From: Vermamoeba vermiformis
Taxonomy: Eukaryota
Assembly: GCA_045837725.1 (NCBI GenBank)
Contig: JBEWZL010000044.1
Span: 62,001 to 126,000, forward strand
DNA length: 64,000 nucleotides
Direction of reading: 5' to 3'
Below are positions 1-12,853 of this stretch, piece after piece (the stretch's first letter is position 1; each line of letters opens with the position of its first letter). The position numbers were made by a program, and so were the translations under genes. Under the pieces are notes generated by a model. It ran no database searches. It saw nothing but the letters and a program-made list of their open reading frames with translations, and was not told where the DNA came from.

Positions 1-565
1 TGCGTTCTTGGGATTGAAGCGAACTAGGTTGAATAGAAACAGACCAAATTTCGATAAAATCTTCAAAGAATCAGCTGAGAACGAGTTCAAAGATCAAGGT
101 AAGATACAATAATATCTTTAATTAAGACAGAAAATCTGGCAAATTTCTTTTGCGGATGCGATCCGTTTATGACTTACATCATAAGCTGTCCTTTATGCGT
201 AATACATGCCTTATGCGAAATTGCTATCAAATATGATATAAATATCTATATTTTAAAGATAAATTGTGACACAGTAAATCTCCAAACTTGATTTGGTCAA
301 TTTGGGCGTGGGCGATTGAATCAAGCGTTTTTTTCGGTTCGACAGCTCAACAATAACATGATTATAACATGATATAAGAATATATTAATTTACCGGCTCA
401 GTGACCATTTTCTGGTTTGATTTTTCGATTTCTAACGGATTTGTTTTTGTAGAGGTTGGAGTTTTCTTTTGTGGAGCTCCTGCGGTAGCTAACGACATAT
501 ACAAGGCCTGCATTAAACATTCTAAGAAAAAAACGAAGTTTATCTTCCACAAAGAAAACTTTTAA
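1..565 (+). CDS. 3' end of a NADPH oxidase (NOX/RBOH/ferric reductase family); gene starts left of the window
   Basis: Exon 1-98 (..LGLKRTRLNRNRPNFDKIFKE..) ends at donor GTAAG at 99. Exon 453-565 encodes EVGVFFCGAPAVANDIYKACIKHSKKKTKFIFHKENF*, the typical NOX C-terminus (VGVFxCG..FHKENF). Absent from the ORF track. Confidence 0.9.
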
Positions 566-1104
566 ACGCCAACTCCGCGATCGCAACGAAAATATGAAAC
601 GAATACGAAATTTTAGCGTTTGCGAAGCGGATACGTGGAGTACGTTTGTTGTGCGACTTGTTTTGTAATAAATAGGCTATTTTACTTGACACTAGGGGAA
701 TAAACTTTGGATGCCCACTTCGAACGGATTTCAAAATTTTCAGCAAAAAGGTGGAATTTAAGGTTAAACGTATAATAACGTATTATTATATTATCTGAGT
801 ACGAGGTACTGCCAATCTTTGTTTCTCGTTCTTCATGAATGCGTTTAATGAAAAAGCGGAATTTAGCGCAACGCGAGAAACTCTACAAGTAAAACAAAAT
901 TGCTTGCATAAGGCTTTATAACGAATCAATGAACGTTTCGCAACGAATGCTCCTGATTTTCCCTAAAAAGGAAATAATGTCCGCTCGATCTGGTGCACAT
1001 TACTTAACATCACAAAATTGTTTTGTTTTTAGGCTTTCTGCACGTCATTTTCACAAATTCAGAAGAGGAGTAAAACACAGATAATAGTTCATATAGTTCT
1101 GTGG

Positions 1105-3331
1105 ATGAGCCTTAGAGAAATGTCCCTCGACATCTTGCATTATTTACTGCGGTTTCTAAATCCGCGAGATCTGTGCAAGATAAATCAATGCTCGCATCTG
1201 TGGAGAAATCTAACGGATCAGGAAGTCATATGGAAGTCTCTTACTATTGATAGATGGGAAATACAATTGAAGCAAGATCCGACTGAAATGGAAATTAAAT
1301 TAAAACGCGAGCAACAGGATGCAGATCAATCCAATATTAAAATATGGAAGAATTTATACAAGAGCAAATACCTACAATACAAAAAATACGAAAAGCTGCT
1401 AGATCAAGTCAGTGCGAATTTATTCGAGCGGATTAGGACCTCGTATTCAGTAGAGATGGGCGAATACATATGGGAAAAATTAGACACTGTTAATAGCATA
1501 AGGTAATTTATGTTTAGACTTATTTAGAAGAGACTTCTTCAGTGAAAGCAGGATCCGCTTAAATTTAGCGGATTCGGAGATTTCTATATACTACACAAGT
1601 TTTAAACAATATTAAATCATAATAACGAATCACGTAAATTGCAAAAAAGCATGCGCTAGCGCATTTTTGTGGTTGACGGAAGCACGATCTTGATTACAAT
1701 TAGCTTTAAATGATTATAAACACAGTTTTAGTATTATAAGCACGCTAAACTTATATATACATGTATTCTTTTGCTCATATTTTTCGTTTAGATCCAAGCC
1801 GATTCACAATGGTTCGAATCAACAATCTGCAGACATGAAAGCCGATCCAAGCCCCGTAGAGATCTGGAAAGGCGTGCCTGCAAATGAATATTTTGCGCGT
1901 CAAACGTATACTCATTCTACGGTCTATTTAACCAAGATGCTTTTTGGTGTCCCGTATGCAGATGTGATCAAAATAATCGAACAAGTCGAAGAAAGACATC
2001 AATGGGACCAACAATTACTGCAAGGTAAGCAATACATTATTTGAGCTATTTAAATCATTATTACTCTGATTTACGTCGCTTTTATTGCGGGCGAATCCGG
2101 TTCGCACCATTTTTAGATTTCTTTCCAGATAAAGAATTATCCCGTATAATATTGCAACTTTATATATAGCACATGTGCATATTATTTACGACCCTACAAT
2201 ACTACAAGTAATTACTGAAACAAAAGTTTTTCGAAAGCAATGTGAGCACTACATCCAGCTCACCGCTGCAAATTCTCGCTATTTAATGTGCCCGAAGAAT
2301 ATACTTTCGATTGATTTACGTATACCTATCGGCATAACGTTGTTCCTCGATTACTAAATCGAAAACTTTTGACATTTGGTCATATTCCAGATCTGCACCG
2401 ATTGTTGTTGAGCTTAAATTACAGATATATTGCATAAATAACAGTACGTCGTCGAGTAATCCATGAGTCTGTTGTAAAACGGTCCTTCGGAATAGATCTG
2501 GTTGACACGTGTCATCCTCAGATATTTCGAACCAATAATTGACACGTGTCAAACATAAACAGAATTCCATTTATTCATAACGCTTACAAAAATCCAGCAA
2601 TTTAAAAGAACTGTTGAGGTTTTCAGTTTAAAATACTAACGTGCTCTTTTTCAGGCTGGACTTTGAAGCGCTTAGATCGTCGCACGGACATTGTGTACAT
2701 GTTATTCGAGAGCATGGAACTGTTGTTGCTGCGCCAAAGACACGAGCGCGTCAGAACTGATGGACGCCGCGTATCAGTGTTCGGACAAATCACGCCCAAA
2801 GACGACGAGCTCGATGACGATGTGAAGCAAGCAGTGAATGACAACAGAAAGGCGTACTTTGACGAAGAAGATATTGATGGCTTGACCCGGATCAAGGAAC
2901 AACAGGGGTCTGGCTGGTGCATCGAAGAAGTAGATCCAGCGCAGAATACAGTTCGTGTAAGTACCGTGACGGCTATAATACGTTCCTTAACAAAATTATG
3001 CAATACATTGCTTATCTTTTGTTGGATCTGGTCGGAAAGTTCGCGATCGGATCCAGATCTAGTGCCTTCGAAGGCACTTTAGACAATTTATACTTCAACA
3101 AATTATCCATATACGCGTGTTATAAACAGTTCAATTGACCAGACGAAATTCTCACATGACGTATTTTAGATCTCGTATCAAGTGCGCACACCGCCAGAGA
3201 AAGCGTGGGAAACGAATGTGTTGTTCATGGCACAAGCGACAGCACGAGCAGCGTGTTTGCCGGGACTTGAAGAGTACTATCACACCACATACGTCCACAA
3301 GAAAACGAAGCAAGAGACTACAAGCAAATAG
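1105..3331 (+). CDS. F-box + START/SRPBCC-like domain protein (4 exons)
   Basis: N-terminal F-box (LREMSLDILHYLLRFLNPRDLCKINQCSHLWR). In-phase GT-AG joins at about 1503-1791, 2024-2655 and 2958-3170 link START-like segments ERHQWDQQL, RLDRRTDIVY and GSGWCIEEVD..TVR/ISYQ. Stop TAG at 3329-3331. Confidence 0.7.
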
Positions 3332-4002
3332 ACACAAACGAAGCGAACTGAATTGATGAAAATTACTCGTGCCAGTCATCATTGATTTACGTTCGTTTGC
3401 ACACAACCTGATGATGGCACAGTTTTCAGCGTTTGCGCGCTTAGTCGAGTTACCATCAGCGGCGTGTTGGAGATGCAGAAACAACAGGACGATAAATACC
3501 ACGAATCACTTTTCACGTCAATACTTCAGGACAAGTACATTGTAAAAATAAAGTACTTTCCCATGAGCTGCAAACAAGAGTCTGAGTGGAACAAAAATCC
3601 GTTTCTTATCGAGACAGAACGCGTTCTTGAAAGCGCTACGCCACATTCAATAGTTTCGGTCGTGTTGAAGATAGTACGCTCGCGTCAAATGTTTCTCGAT
3701 TCTGTCACATTTTCCGTGAGCTGAATGTGAACAAGTTGATGGATGTTGTAATTACACATCAAACGTTGTGCTTGTCTTTGATCCGAATGTGTTTAATATA
3801 CTTTATATACACTAAATTACAATTGTTATTTACAGTTATTTACATCAATAATGATAATATTCGTTGTAAGTTGTCTTATTATAATATCTATAGCGAAACC
3901 GAAATTTCTAACCTGGATGTGGATCAGACCATAAGAATTCAGGTCTGTCACTTCTAATAGCCCTCACAAATATGAAGACTATCCATATTAATAGCAGATA
4001 TT

Positions 4003-5139
4003 CTAATGCACGACGACTTCGGTTAATTCACTAGCTGTGACTGCCTTCTCTTTTTCTGTGGATGTAGGCTCCTCTTGGGAAGACGAACCATTATTGGCTG
4101 TTCATTTTAATGTTATTATAAGCCACAATAAATATCAATAGTATAATATGATTAAGCTACGAAGATAAAAATTTAATTTCTAAACGAGATCCGGATCCGA
4201 TCAGTTCCACTTACGATCGTACTGCAAATTCTTTCGTGAAGGGCGTGGGCTTGGCATACCTATTAATAATATGCCTATTAATACTGCAAATAAACCATAA
4301 ACTCGTTTGACGATCGTAATCATGCCAAGAATGAAAAAAAATTTAGCTTTGCCGTGGATTCAGGGGAGATAAATTCCCAGATGAAATATTAAGTCAAATA
4401 TGTATATCATTGGAGATATATATCATTATTATTTGACTTCTATTATTATGACAAACAGATTTAATTTTTCCGGTTTAGATTGAGCTTAAAAATTTTGACG
4501 CGAGATTGGTACTGAATTCCGAAATTAAAATATTGTGAATTAGTTTAAATTAACGGAGTAATTATGAATATGCATAAATCTAATCTTGCTCGTGCTTACC
4601 GATATCGCTAAGGCCATCCACAACGGCGACTCCTTGTTTTTTGGTCATTGTTTCTAGCTCTATAATTTTGTGAATTTTTAGTTGAACTGCGATAATAATA
4701 ATTAAAATTAATATATTTTACCGTGCACGCTTGTTGCTTTCTTCAATGTAGCCAGATCTCGTTTCTGGGCAGCTTCTCGCTTCATAGCCCTTCGTTGAAA
4801 CTTTTTGCGGGAAATTTAGTCATATCATAATATATTATGAACATTAATTGCTTACTATGATGATCGTGATAACCCATGCAACTCCGAACAAGATCATTAA
4901 ACTTGTACCGCCAATCTGTAAGTAAGTGCCAAGTGAAAACGCTCCATTGTTTGTCCAGACGATAATGCCTGATAGAGACATGAATTATTAATATTACTGT
5001 CAGAAATTTATTAAAGTTAAAATTTATCGGATTTGATCTCGGATGAAAAATTCATTTGCTTACCTAACCAGATGGTAGCAGCTACTACCAGAACGAGTCC
5101 TACGCTCAGTTGTCGATATATTTGAGCTTTGGATACCAT
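4003..5139 (-). CDS. Small 2-TM membrane protein of unknown function (5 short exons, about 140 aa)
   Basis: Exons joined in phase via GTAAGC/GTAAAA donors: MVSKAQIYRQLSVGLVLVVAATIWLG / IIVWTNNGAFSLGTYLQIGGTSLMILFGVAWVITIII / FQRRAMKREAAQKR.. / ELETMTKKQG.. / ANNGSS..VVH*. An upstream exon near 5250-5340 also splices in frame (5' UTR or extension). Confidence 0.7.
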
Positions 5140-5501
5140 TTGTGGTCTACTTCTGTATGGCACAACTGTAAATTAAACGAATTGTAAAATTAAAAATTTA
5201 TCGCTTTTCAATTCCGCTTTGGGAGGCAAGTAAAAAAAACTGAACTTACCTTCGTAGGTGCAATTGTTGTATCTAATTTGAACAACTCCGGCAGGAATAG
5301 CCAAAAAAGCCCACGGAAGAGCTGTTTTTCCGTTGATCGTGCGTGGGATCAAATCCAGTCAGTACGAAACGTCTTAGAGACGGGAGATAGCCTTTATATA
5401 TAGTAGCTTGGCGTTAGGAAAGGCATTTGCTTGAGTAAAAGGACTTACTGAATGCTTTGTAATCGAAATTTCTTCGCTGCTAAATCCAGAACGGATTTAG
5501 T

Positions 5502-6829
5502 TTAGCAACCCAAGCAAGGCCTTCCACATTTGCGTAAGTTTGCCTCATGGAAGCTGAAGCGATCTACTTCGGCGATGAAGGCATAATTATCTGCATTGCT
5601 TTCCGTGCACGCGCCTCTCGGAAATAACATATCGTTAATTATACGGATCTTGCGTCCCAAACTCCATATTGCAAGGTTAACATCTTCGTTGAAGTATACT
5701 TTAAGCCAGCCTATGCGACTAGTTAATAATAATACTTGGTTGGATCCATTTTAGTAGATTCACGAATTTTAAATTTTCTAAAGATTTGATGGCACGTCAA
5801 TCTCGCTGTAAAATTTACTGCAACGCGGAAATATAACCCGCTTAGTATCTTAATTTACCGATTAAAGATCAATTTAAGTTCATTTTAAACGGATTTGACC
5901 CAGCAGCTTGGTATAGCCCAGTATCTTGTTAAATGCATGTTATTTACCTTGCTTATGCATTGCCACGAGATAACGAGCTACTCCAGCATGTAGCACATAA
6001 AATTGGCCATTAGGATACGGCGGATACACGGGCATTAATTTTTTGTATTCCGGATCTGCATTCTTGCCTGTGCCCAAAACACTGCTCTCAAAGTGTAATC
6101 TTCCCCATACGAAAAGTTTATCACCTTGCGTGCGGGTCATATTTAAAGCCACTACAAAACCAAAAATCAGATCAGATGTACGAGATCTCAGTAACCCCAA
6201 AAAGAAGTAAAATAAGTCAATTTCAATTTTATGCTATTAATATTAATTGAACCACGCGCGAACGGTTTGATAGCCAAAATAAAAGCAGATGCGCTTACCA
6301 GGATAAAATTTGTCCACGTGTAGCCAAATATCGTCATCAATTTTAATAATTAAATCGCAATTTTCCACGTTCTCCAAGATCCAAGTAAAAGCATTCAGTA
6401 CCTGCACGGAATAATCAAAAATTAATTGATTGAATAAATAAAAAAATAATTTGATTATTTGGTTGGCTTAGTTACCTTGTAATTTAAGAAAGAATATGCA
6501 TCCGTCATATTTAATTTCACTATATCATTGTATGTGGTCATTTCATGTTTAATTAAGTCCGGATTCGTTACATCTGGATCATCTGCCAAAAAGAACAATA
6601 GACGGCTAGCTTCAAGCTTATCAGCTCGAGTTTTCCACGATTCACGTATAGCCATTCGTTTATCATAATTTGTGGGCTTAGATAACACCATAAAGAAGAT
6701 ATTCTTTTGTTTTGAGGTCTCATCCAAATCCAAATCTGTTGCGTCACCATCGTTGCTTGTCCATACCAATAGCAAATCTACCAAAAATAGGCATAATATA
6801 AATAACGCTATTTGTCGCCCTCTGTTCAT
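5502..6829 (-). CDS. GT31 family beta-1,3-glycosyltransferase, copy 1
   Basis: Type II TM anchor, RMAIRESW, YNDIVKLNMTDAY, KIDDDIW (DxD), YPPYPNGQFYVL, NEDVNLAIW; 4 exons, intact frame. Confidence 0.88.
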
Positions 6830-6901
6830 GACTTGGGCACCACAAACAAAAACGGATGATTCTCGTGTCAAACGATTCTCGTAACATGTTGTTCGTTTAG
6901 C

Positions 6902-8123
6902 TTAGCACCTGCAAGGGTTCTCGCATCGCTTCCAATTGTATTCGAATTTTTGCACTTGCTCCTTATTGCGGCTGATGAAGCCGTAGTTCCGTTTCGATGC
7001 CCCTGAACACGCATCTTTAGGAATTTTGTTGTCATGAATAGCTTTTATCTTGCGTCCCCACATCCATATGCCCATATTGGTGTCTTCATTAAAGAAAAGT
7101 CTCAGCCAGCCTAAAGCGTCAAAAGTTAAACGGAGATCTAAGAAGACCCAAAAATGGCAAGTCGGGTAATTTCAGTCTTTGTAATATACTAGTATTTACC
7201 TTGTTTATGCATTGCAACGAGATATCGAGCAGTACCTCCATGCAAAACGTAGAATGGTCCGTTAGGGTAAAGAGGGTACGTCTCTAGGAGCTTTCGATAC
7301 TCGAGATCTGCGTTCTTGCCCTTTATTGCCACCCAAGCCGAGTAATGAATGAACCCCCATATAAAATGCTCTTCATAGTGGTTGTCGATTAAATTAACGG
7401 CTGCTGTAATAATAACAAACGACAGATTAGAATTTTGATCCATGAAATAACAAATTTGCGTAACTTGCTCGGTATAGCAAGATTATAATATTGTTAATGA
7501 ATGGATAAATTTTCGAGGGTATTCAGTTTTTAACGAGAAAGTTTCCGGATGTAACATGAACGAAACATTACCTGGGTAAAACGTGTCCACATTTAGCCAC
7601 ACATCATCGTCAATCTTGACGACCATATTATAATCTTTGATATTATCCGCAAGCCAAGTCAATGAATTGATCACCTATTTAAATTCAAACGACGTTAACA
7701 ACAATCGGAAAATTGTTTCATTACTCAATATACCTTGTAATTCAATAGCGAGTACTTCTCTGTCATATTTAGTACAACTACGTCATTATATGTAGCTATT
7801 TCATCCTTAATCCTTTCTGGACTTTTCACGTCAGCGTCATCTGCAGCCACAAAGAAAAATACTCGGCAATCTGGAAGCTTATCTACGTTTGATTTCCATG
7901 TATTTCGAATTGTAGTACGTTTATCATAATTCGTATGCTTCGATATGACCATGAACACGATTCTGGTTCGGTTCGAAACGATTGGAGTAAGGGATGCTGC
8001 AGGTGCATCTACATCCGCAACTGCAGTCTTTACATTTGCTTCTTCTTTGACCAATAGTATGACGATTATATTGGTTATAAATAGTCCAATAAGATACAAC
8101 ACTATTAATCGACCTCTGTTCAT
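6902..8123 (-). CDS. GT31 family glycosyltransferase, copy 2
   Basis: RTTIRNTW, KIDDDVW, YPLYPNGPFYVL, NEDTNMGIW; same intron positions as copy 1; last exon ends CENPCRC*. Confidence 0.88.
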
Positions 8124-8468
8124 CGTCAACGAAGTCCAAAAAAATAAAATTCCGGCGGAGTTACCAACAATTCACCATCAATTGTGTGATACGCCGTTTG
8201 TCCAAATCGGGGTGAAGCACATATCAGAGTATAGCTGAATGTCTTCACTGTCAGTCTTTGGAAGCGCGTTTCAGTCGCTAATTTGTAACAGATTAAACGA
8301 CGTTTTATTCCAGCCCGGCAAATCCCTTTGAGGCTCATTAAGTTGTGATTTCGTTTTTGAGCCTTTGGTTTGTACCTTTCTTTACCAACGCCTGCGTCGA
8401 AAGCGATCGACGGTTGAGGCTCCACGGACGGTAGAATATTTTTCTTCCCCTCCCTTAGTTGTAATACA

Positions 8469-9682
8469 CTAGAGATGGCAGCTGCAAGGATTTTGGCACC
8501 GTTTCCAACCCGATTCATAAACATGAAATTCACGTTGGTTTGCCAAAAAGCCGTAGTTGTCCTTCGTTTTGTCCGAACACCGTACTCGCGGGATTTTGAG
8601 GTCGTCAATCGCTTTGATTTTGCGCCCCCACGTCCATATGCCCATATTAGTATCTTCGTTGTGGAATAACCGAAGCCAACCTAATGATGCAAAGCTTTAG
8701 CTCGATCCCAAAAAAGATCTCATCAGATCTGGTATCTACGAGTAATTTTTTACCTTGTTTGTGCATTGCTACGAGATATCGAGCAGTATCTCCGTGCAAA
8801 ACGTAGAATGGCCCATTAGGATACGGCGGGTACGTCTCAATGAGTGTTCGATACTCGGGATCTGCGTTCTTGCCAGTTGATGTTATCCAAGCGCCTTGAT
8901 GAATAATTCCCCACAGATATTGTTCATCTTTTTGCTGTTGCATTAATGTTGAGGCCACTACAAAAAATATTAATTTGAGACCTTGTCGTGAACGTAAAGC
9001 TTGAAAATTTAATTTTAGGGCATTTTTTCTAATTAATTTAGATATTATTAGGTCAAATTAATCGTTCAATCGCAGAAAAAATTCGGTTGTAACGTTACAA
9101 AATCGTACCAGGGTAAAACAGATCCACATTCAGCCAAACATCATCGTCAATTTTAACGACCATATCATATTTTTTGATATTATAAGCGATCCAAGTTAGA
9201 GCATTCACGACCTAAATAAAATAAATTTTTTAATATTTTTTTTAACCGAACTAATTATTGTACCGTACCTTGTGATTCAATAGATCGTACTTCTCTGCCA
9301 TATTTAGTACAACTACGTCATTATACGTAGATATTTCATCTTTAATCTTTTCTGGACTTTTCACGTCTGCGTCATCTGCAGCCACAAAGAAAAATACTCT
9401 ACAATCATGAAGCTTATCCACCCTTGATTTCCACGTATCTCGAATATAGTTTCGTCTATCATAATTAGTATGCTTTGATATGACCATGAACACTATTTTG
9501 GTTCCGTTGTGAGGCTCTTCTACGACGCTCACAGGCAGCAGCGCATCCGAATCCGAATCTACTTCTGTTTTCGTCTCTTCAATTTCTTCGTCATTCGGTT
9601 TAGTGGAAGGCACTACTATTAATATATCAGCTATTAATAAGCCTAAGAGAAAAAACAATAATATACGATGTTTGTTCTGCAT
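8469..9682 (-). CDS. GT31 family glycosyltransferase, copy 3
   Basis: RNYIRDTW, KIDDDVW, YPPYPNGPFYVL, NEDTNMGIW; ends CQNPCSCHL*. Confidence 0.88.
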
Positions 9683-10145
9683 GCCTACAAAAAAAAATAA
9701 TCTAAAAATTTGTACCGGCAATTTTTAAATTCCAAAAAATAGCGATATAATTAACGCCTTACTAATATTTTAATATAGGCAATGAGGTTCCTTTATTAAA
9801 TTATTACCTCAACGAAAAACAAATCGCAGGCTTACTTCGCTGATCGCGATCGGATGCTTCTTAAACGCGTTTTAACTTAAAAGAGTCCTAATCGCGTTTG
9901 ATAATATTACTTTAAAGGCCCGCTCAGAGAAGTTGAGGGCACTTAGCAGCAATTACCATTTTGGTTAGTTAGATCGTTGCTAGCGCCGTTTAAACGCCAT
10001 CGCCGAGTCTAAAATCGAGACTAGTCCAATAAATATATTAGTCTTATACCTTACAAAGTAGATTTTGTACTTACTGCGCCATGGCTAGTTTCTACATCAG
10101 TTGGATCCGGATTTGTTGTTGTCCACCACATCACTGGAGACTCGT

Positions 10146-11472
10146 TTAAATACTCAAACAAGCCATGCAAGGGTTGCCACATTTGCGCCAATTGTCTTCG
10201 TACCATCTGAAGCGCACTTTATCAGAAAAGAAGCCGTAGTGCTCGCCAGTAGTGGTCGAACAAGATCCGGTTGGAAACAAGTTATCGTGGATCTGACGTA
10301 TCTTGCGACCCCAAGTCCATATGCCAACGTTAACGTCTTCATTGAAGAAGTATTTCACCCATCCTATCGTAAGAACAGAATTAGTGGAAGTCTTGCGCGG
10401 ATTTACTTTTCTTTTTAAAGAACTTGAGTGCCTGGATCTGACACTCGATGGTGGGCTTAATAGAATAAAGTATATACATATACTTAATGTTATTAAGAAT
10501 GATCCAAGTTTAACGTTAGGTTTTGAATAGCAGAAGCAGATGTGGTCGTTTCGAAAAATGTCTAAAAGCAGACCGTAATTGATCTTCATATTTACCTTGT
10601 TTATGCAACGACACGATCCATCGCGCAGTATTGGCATGAAGAGCGTACAGAGGTCCGTTAGGATAGGGCGGATAATTGGCGAACAGTTTTCGGTACTCGT
10701 GATCTGCGTTCTTGCCAGTTACTTGCACGTCGACACCTCGATGCAAAAATCCCCATATGAACCATTCTTGGCCTTGTGCGTAGATCAGATCGGACGCCGC
10801 TGTTAAACAAAGGTTAGATTCGGATCTAAAAGTTAGATTTGAAAAACCATTTAAAGATCCTACAATATTATTGAAAGTATAGTAGTATTATTTTCTATTA
10901 TATTATTATTATTATATTTAAGCTATAGATTAAGGTTTAAAGGCCTAGCAGGCGAGTTTGACTGACCCGGATAAAATCTGTCCACATTAAGCCAAACATC
11001 ATCGTCGACTTTAACAATTAAATCATAATATCCGACATTGTCTTCGATCCAATTTAGCGCATTCACGACCTGGATCCAATAATTAATACAAAATTGGAAA
11101 ATTAATAAAAATTACTCTTATTTGCATGTGGTTATTTACCTTATATTTAAGTAGTGCATAATTTTCTGTCATATTTAACATCACTATATCGTCATATTTC
11201 TTTAATTCTGATTTTAAAGCGGATGTGTCTGAGTCAGGATCGTCCGTGGCCAAAAAGAAAAATACATGGCTCGCCTCGTGCTTATCGACTCTAATTTTCC
11301 ATGTTTCTCGTATTGCCATGCGCCGTTCATAATTACTGTGCTTTGAAATAACCATAAAGACGATCTTGGGATCTTTCGCTACATCCACGTCAGTCTTTGC
11401 TATCCATATGATTAAAAAATCCGCTATACATAGAAATAATGCAAATAATAAAATCTGCCGAGTTCTGTTCAT
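10146..11472 (-). CDS. GT31 family glycosyltransferase, copy 4
   Basis: RMAIRETW, KVDDDVW, YPPYPNGPLYAL, NEDVNVGIW; ends CGNPCMACLSI*. Confidence 0.88.
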
Positions 11473-11580
11473 GATCAGCAAGCAGAAAGAAAAATCCTCG
11501 TTATTTCTCTTTCTTAACTATTTGCAGCACAGAACAAATTATAGTTAAGTAATTTAATTATTATTATTATAACTCGTATG

Positions 11581-12699
11581 TGTTACCGCCACTTCGAAAC
11601 TGCGAAACCTGTCAACAAAACGGCCAAATCATTCCAGCCGGATCGAAACCGCACTACCACAAACAAAATTTTCTTATTTTGAAAGTCTGAGGAGAAAATA
11701 TAATAGTAATCAAGTGCACTAAAGGATGGCGATAATTATAATTGACTAGTGAAAGTTGTAAGTGAGATCTTTTTAGCAAAAAATTTAATTTCAAGATCTA
11801 GCTCTCCAACCATAGGAGAGCCAAATTGCTTCGTGCTCTGATTATAAATAATATATTCGAAATATAGTATACCTAAATATCATTGTTTTGAGGTGCCCAT
11901 CCGAAAATCCAGCTCCATCTGATTTTCAAACCGAATCTTCACTTCCTAATGTAATTTGCGAATATTTTTAGTGGAATCCAATGTGCTTGTATGTTTTTTA
12001 AATATTGGTGTGGTAAATTCATCTAAAAAATCAAGGCTCGCTGCCATCGTTTGATCCCATCCGGTACCGCGATCGATTGGTCAATTCAACTCTGTCAGAA
12101 AACAACCAAATGAAACCATTTTTTCAATTTTGTACAGTCCTACTATCATACTAATTATATATGGCATTACATTGCATAAACTTTCCGTTTTTTGTTAATT
12201 CAAAACTCAATCCTGATATTTGGCGCACTTTTGAAAAGATCAAATTTAATTTTAAATAGTGTTGAGTTAAGGGCCGATTTAGATATGGGTATATAAAATG
12301 CAGCTTGTAGAATATGAATATTAATTTTTTATCATTACTGGAGGGCTTGAAAGCCCGGCACGGTCGTGTCAATCCAAGCACTAATTCGAAAATCATTTGG
12401 AAAATCTCCAATTTAATTTTAAACAACGCATCCAGTATCTAAATCTACAGGGACACGTTGAATTGGCAGTAAATTGAGTATATAAAAAAATGCGTGACAG
12501 ATTTAAGATCGGACAATGGATGGACTTTGCTTACGAGTTATTTCACTGCCAGTGGACGATTGTCTTCTCTTAATATCAATTGTGCGAAATTGATCAATAT
12601 TCGAATAATTTTTTTGCTTGTGGTTGTGCGGTTTCGATCTGGCTGAAATGATCTTGCCGTTTTGTTGACAGGTTTCGCAGTTTCGAAGTGGCGGTAACA
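11581..12699. mobile_element. Non-autonomous DNA transposon (MITE-like) with about 88-bp TIRs, TGT...ACA ends and a 5-bp TSD; possibly Ginger2/TDD class
   Basis: 11581-11668 is the reverse complement of 12612-12699 (outer 44 bp identical, 6 mismatches in the inner 44). GTATG is duplicated at 11576-11580 and 12700-12704. The interior is AT-rich with no transposase ORF. Confidence 0.9.
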
Positions 12700-12853
12700 G
12701 TATGGTATCATACTCGACCGACCATGGTTGAAAAGAACAGTTCAGATTTTCAAATAACGGAAACTGACATTTTTGGGGGCGCCAAATTTCATTACTTCAT
12801 TCTTACAACAATAGTCAGCTGATGCTATCATAATCTACTTTTAATACAACGCA

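Noticed and set aside
398-746. Minus-strand 62-aa and 68-aa ORFs
   Set aside because: Antisense shadows of the NOX last exon and its 3' region.
3464-3957. 86-aa and 76-aa plus-strand ORFs after the F-box/START stop
   Set aside because: No recognisable motifs, non-ATG starts and no convincing splice link.
11700-12600. Possible transposase remnant inside the TIR element (including the 91-aa ORF 12151-12426)
   Set aside because: AT-rich with short frames and no DDE/integrase motifs recognisable.
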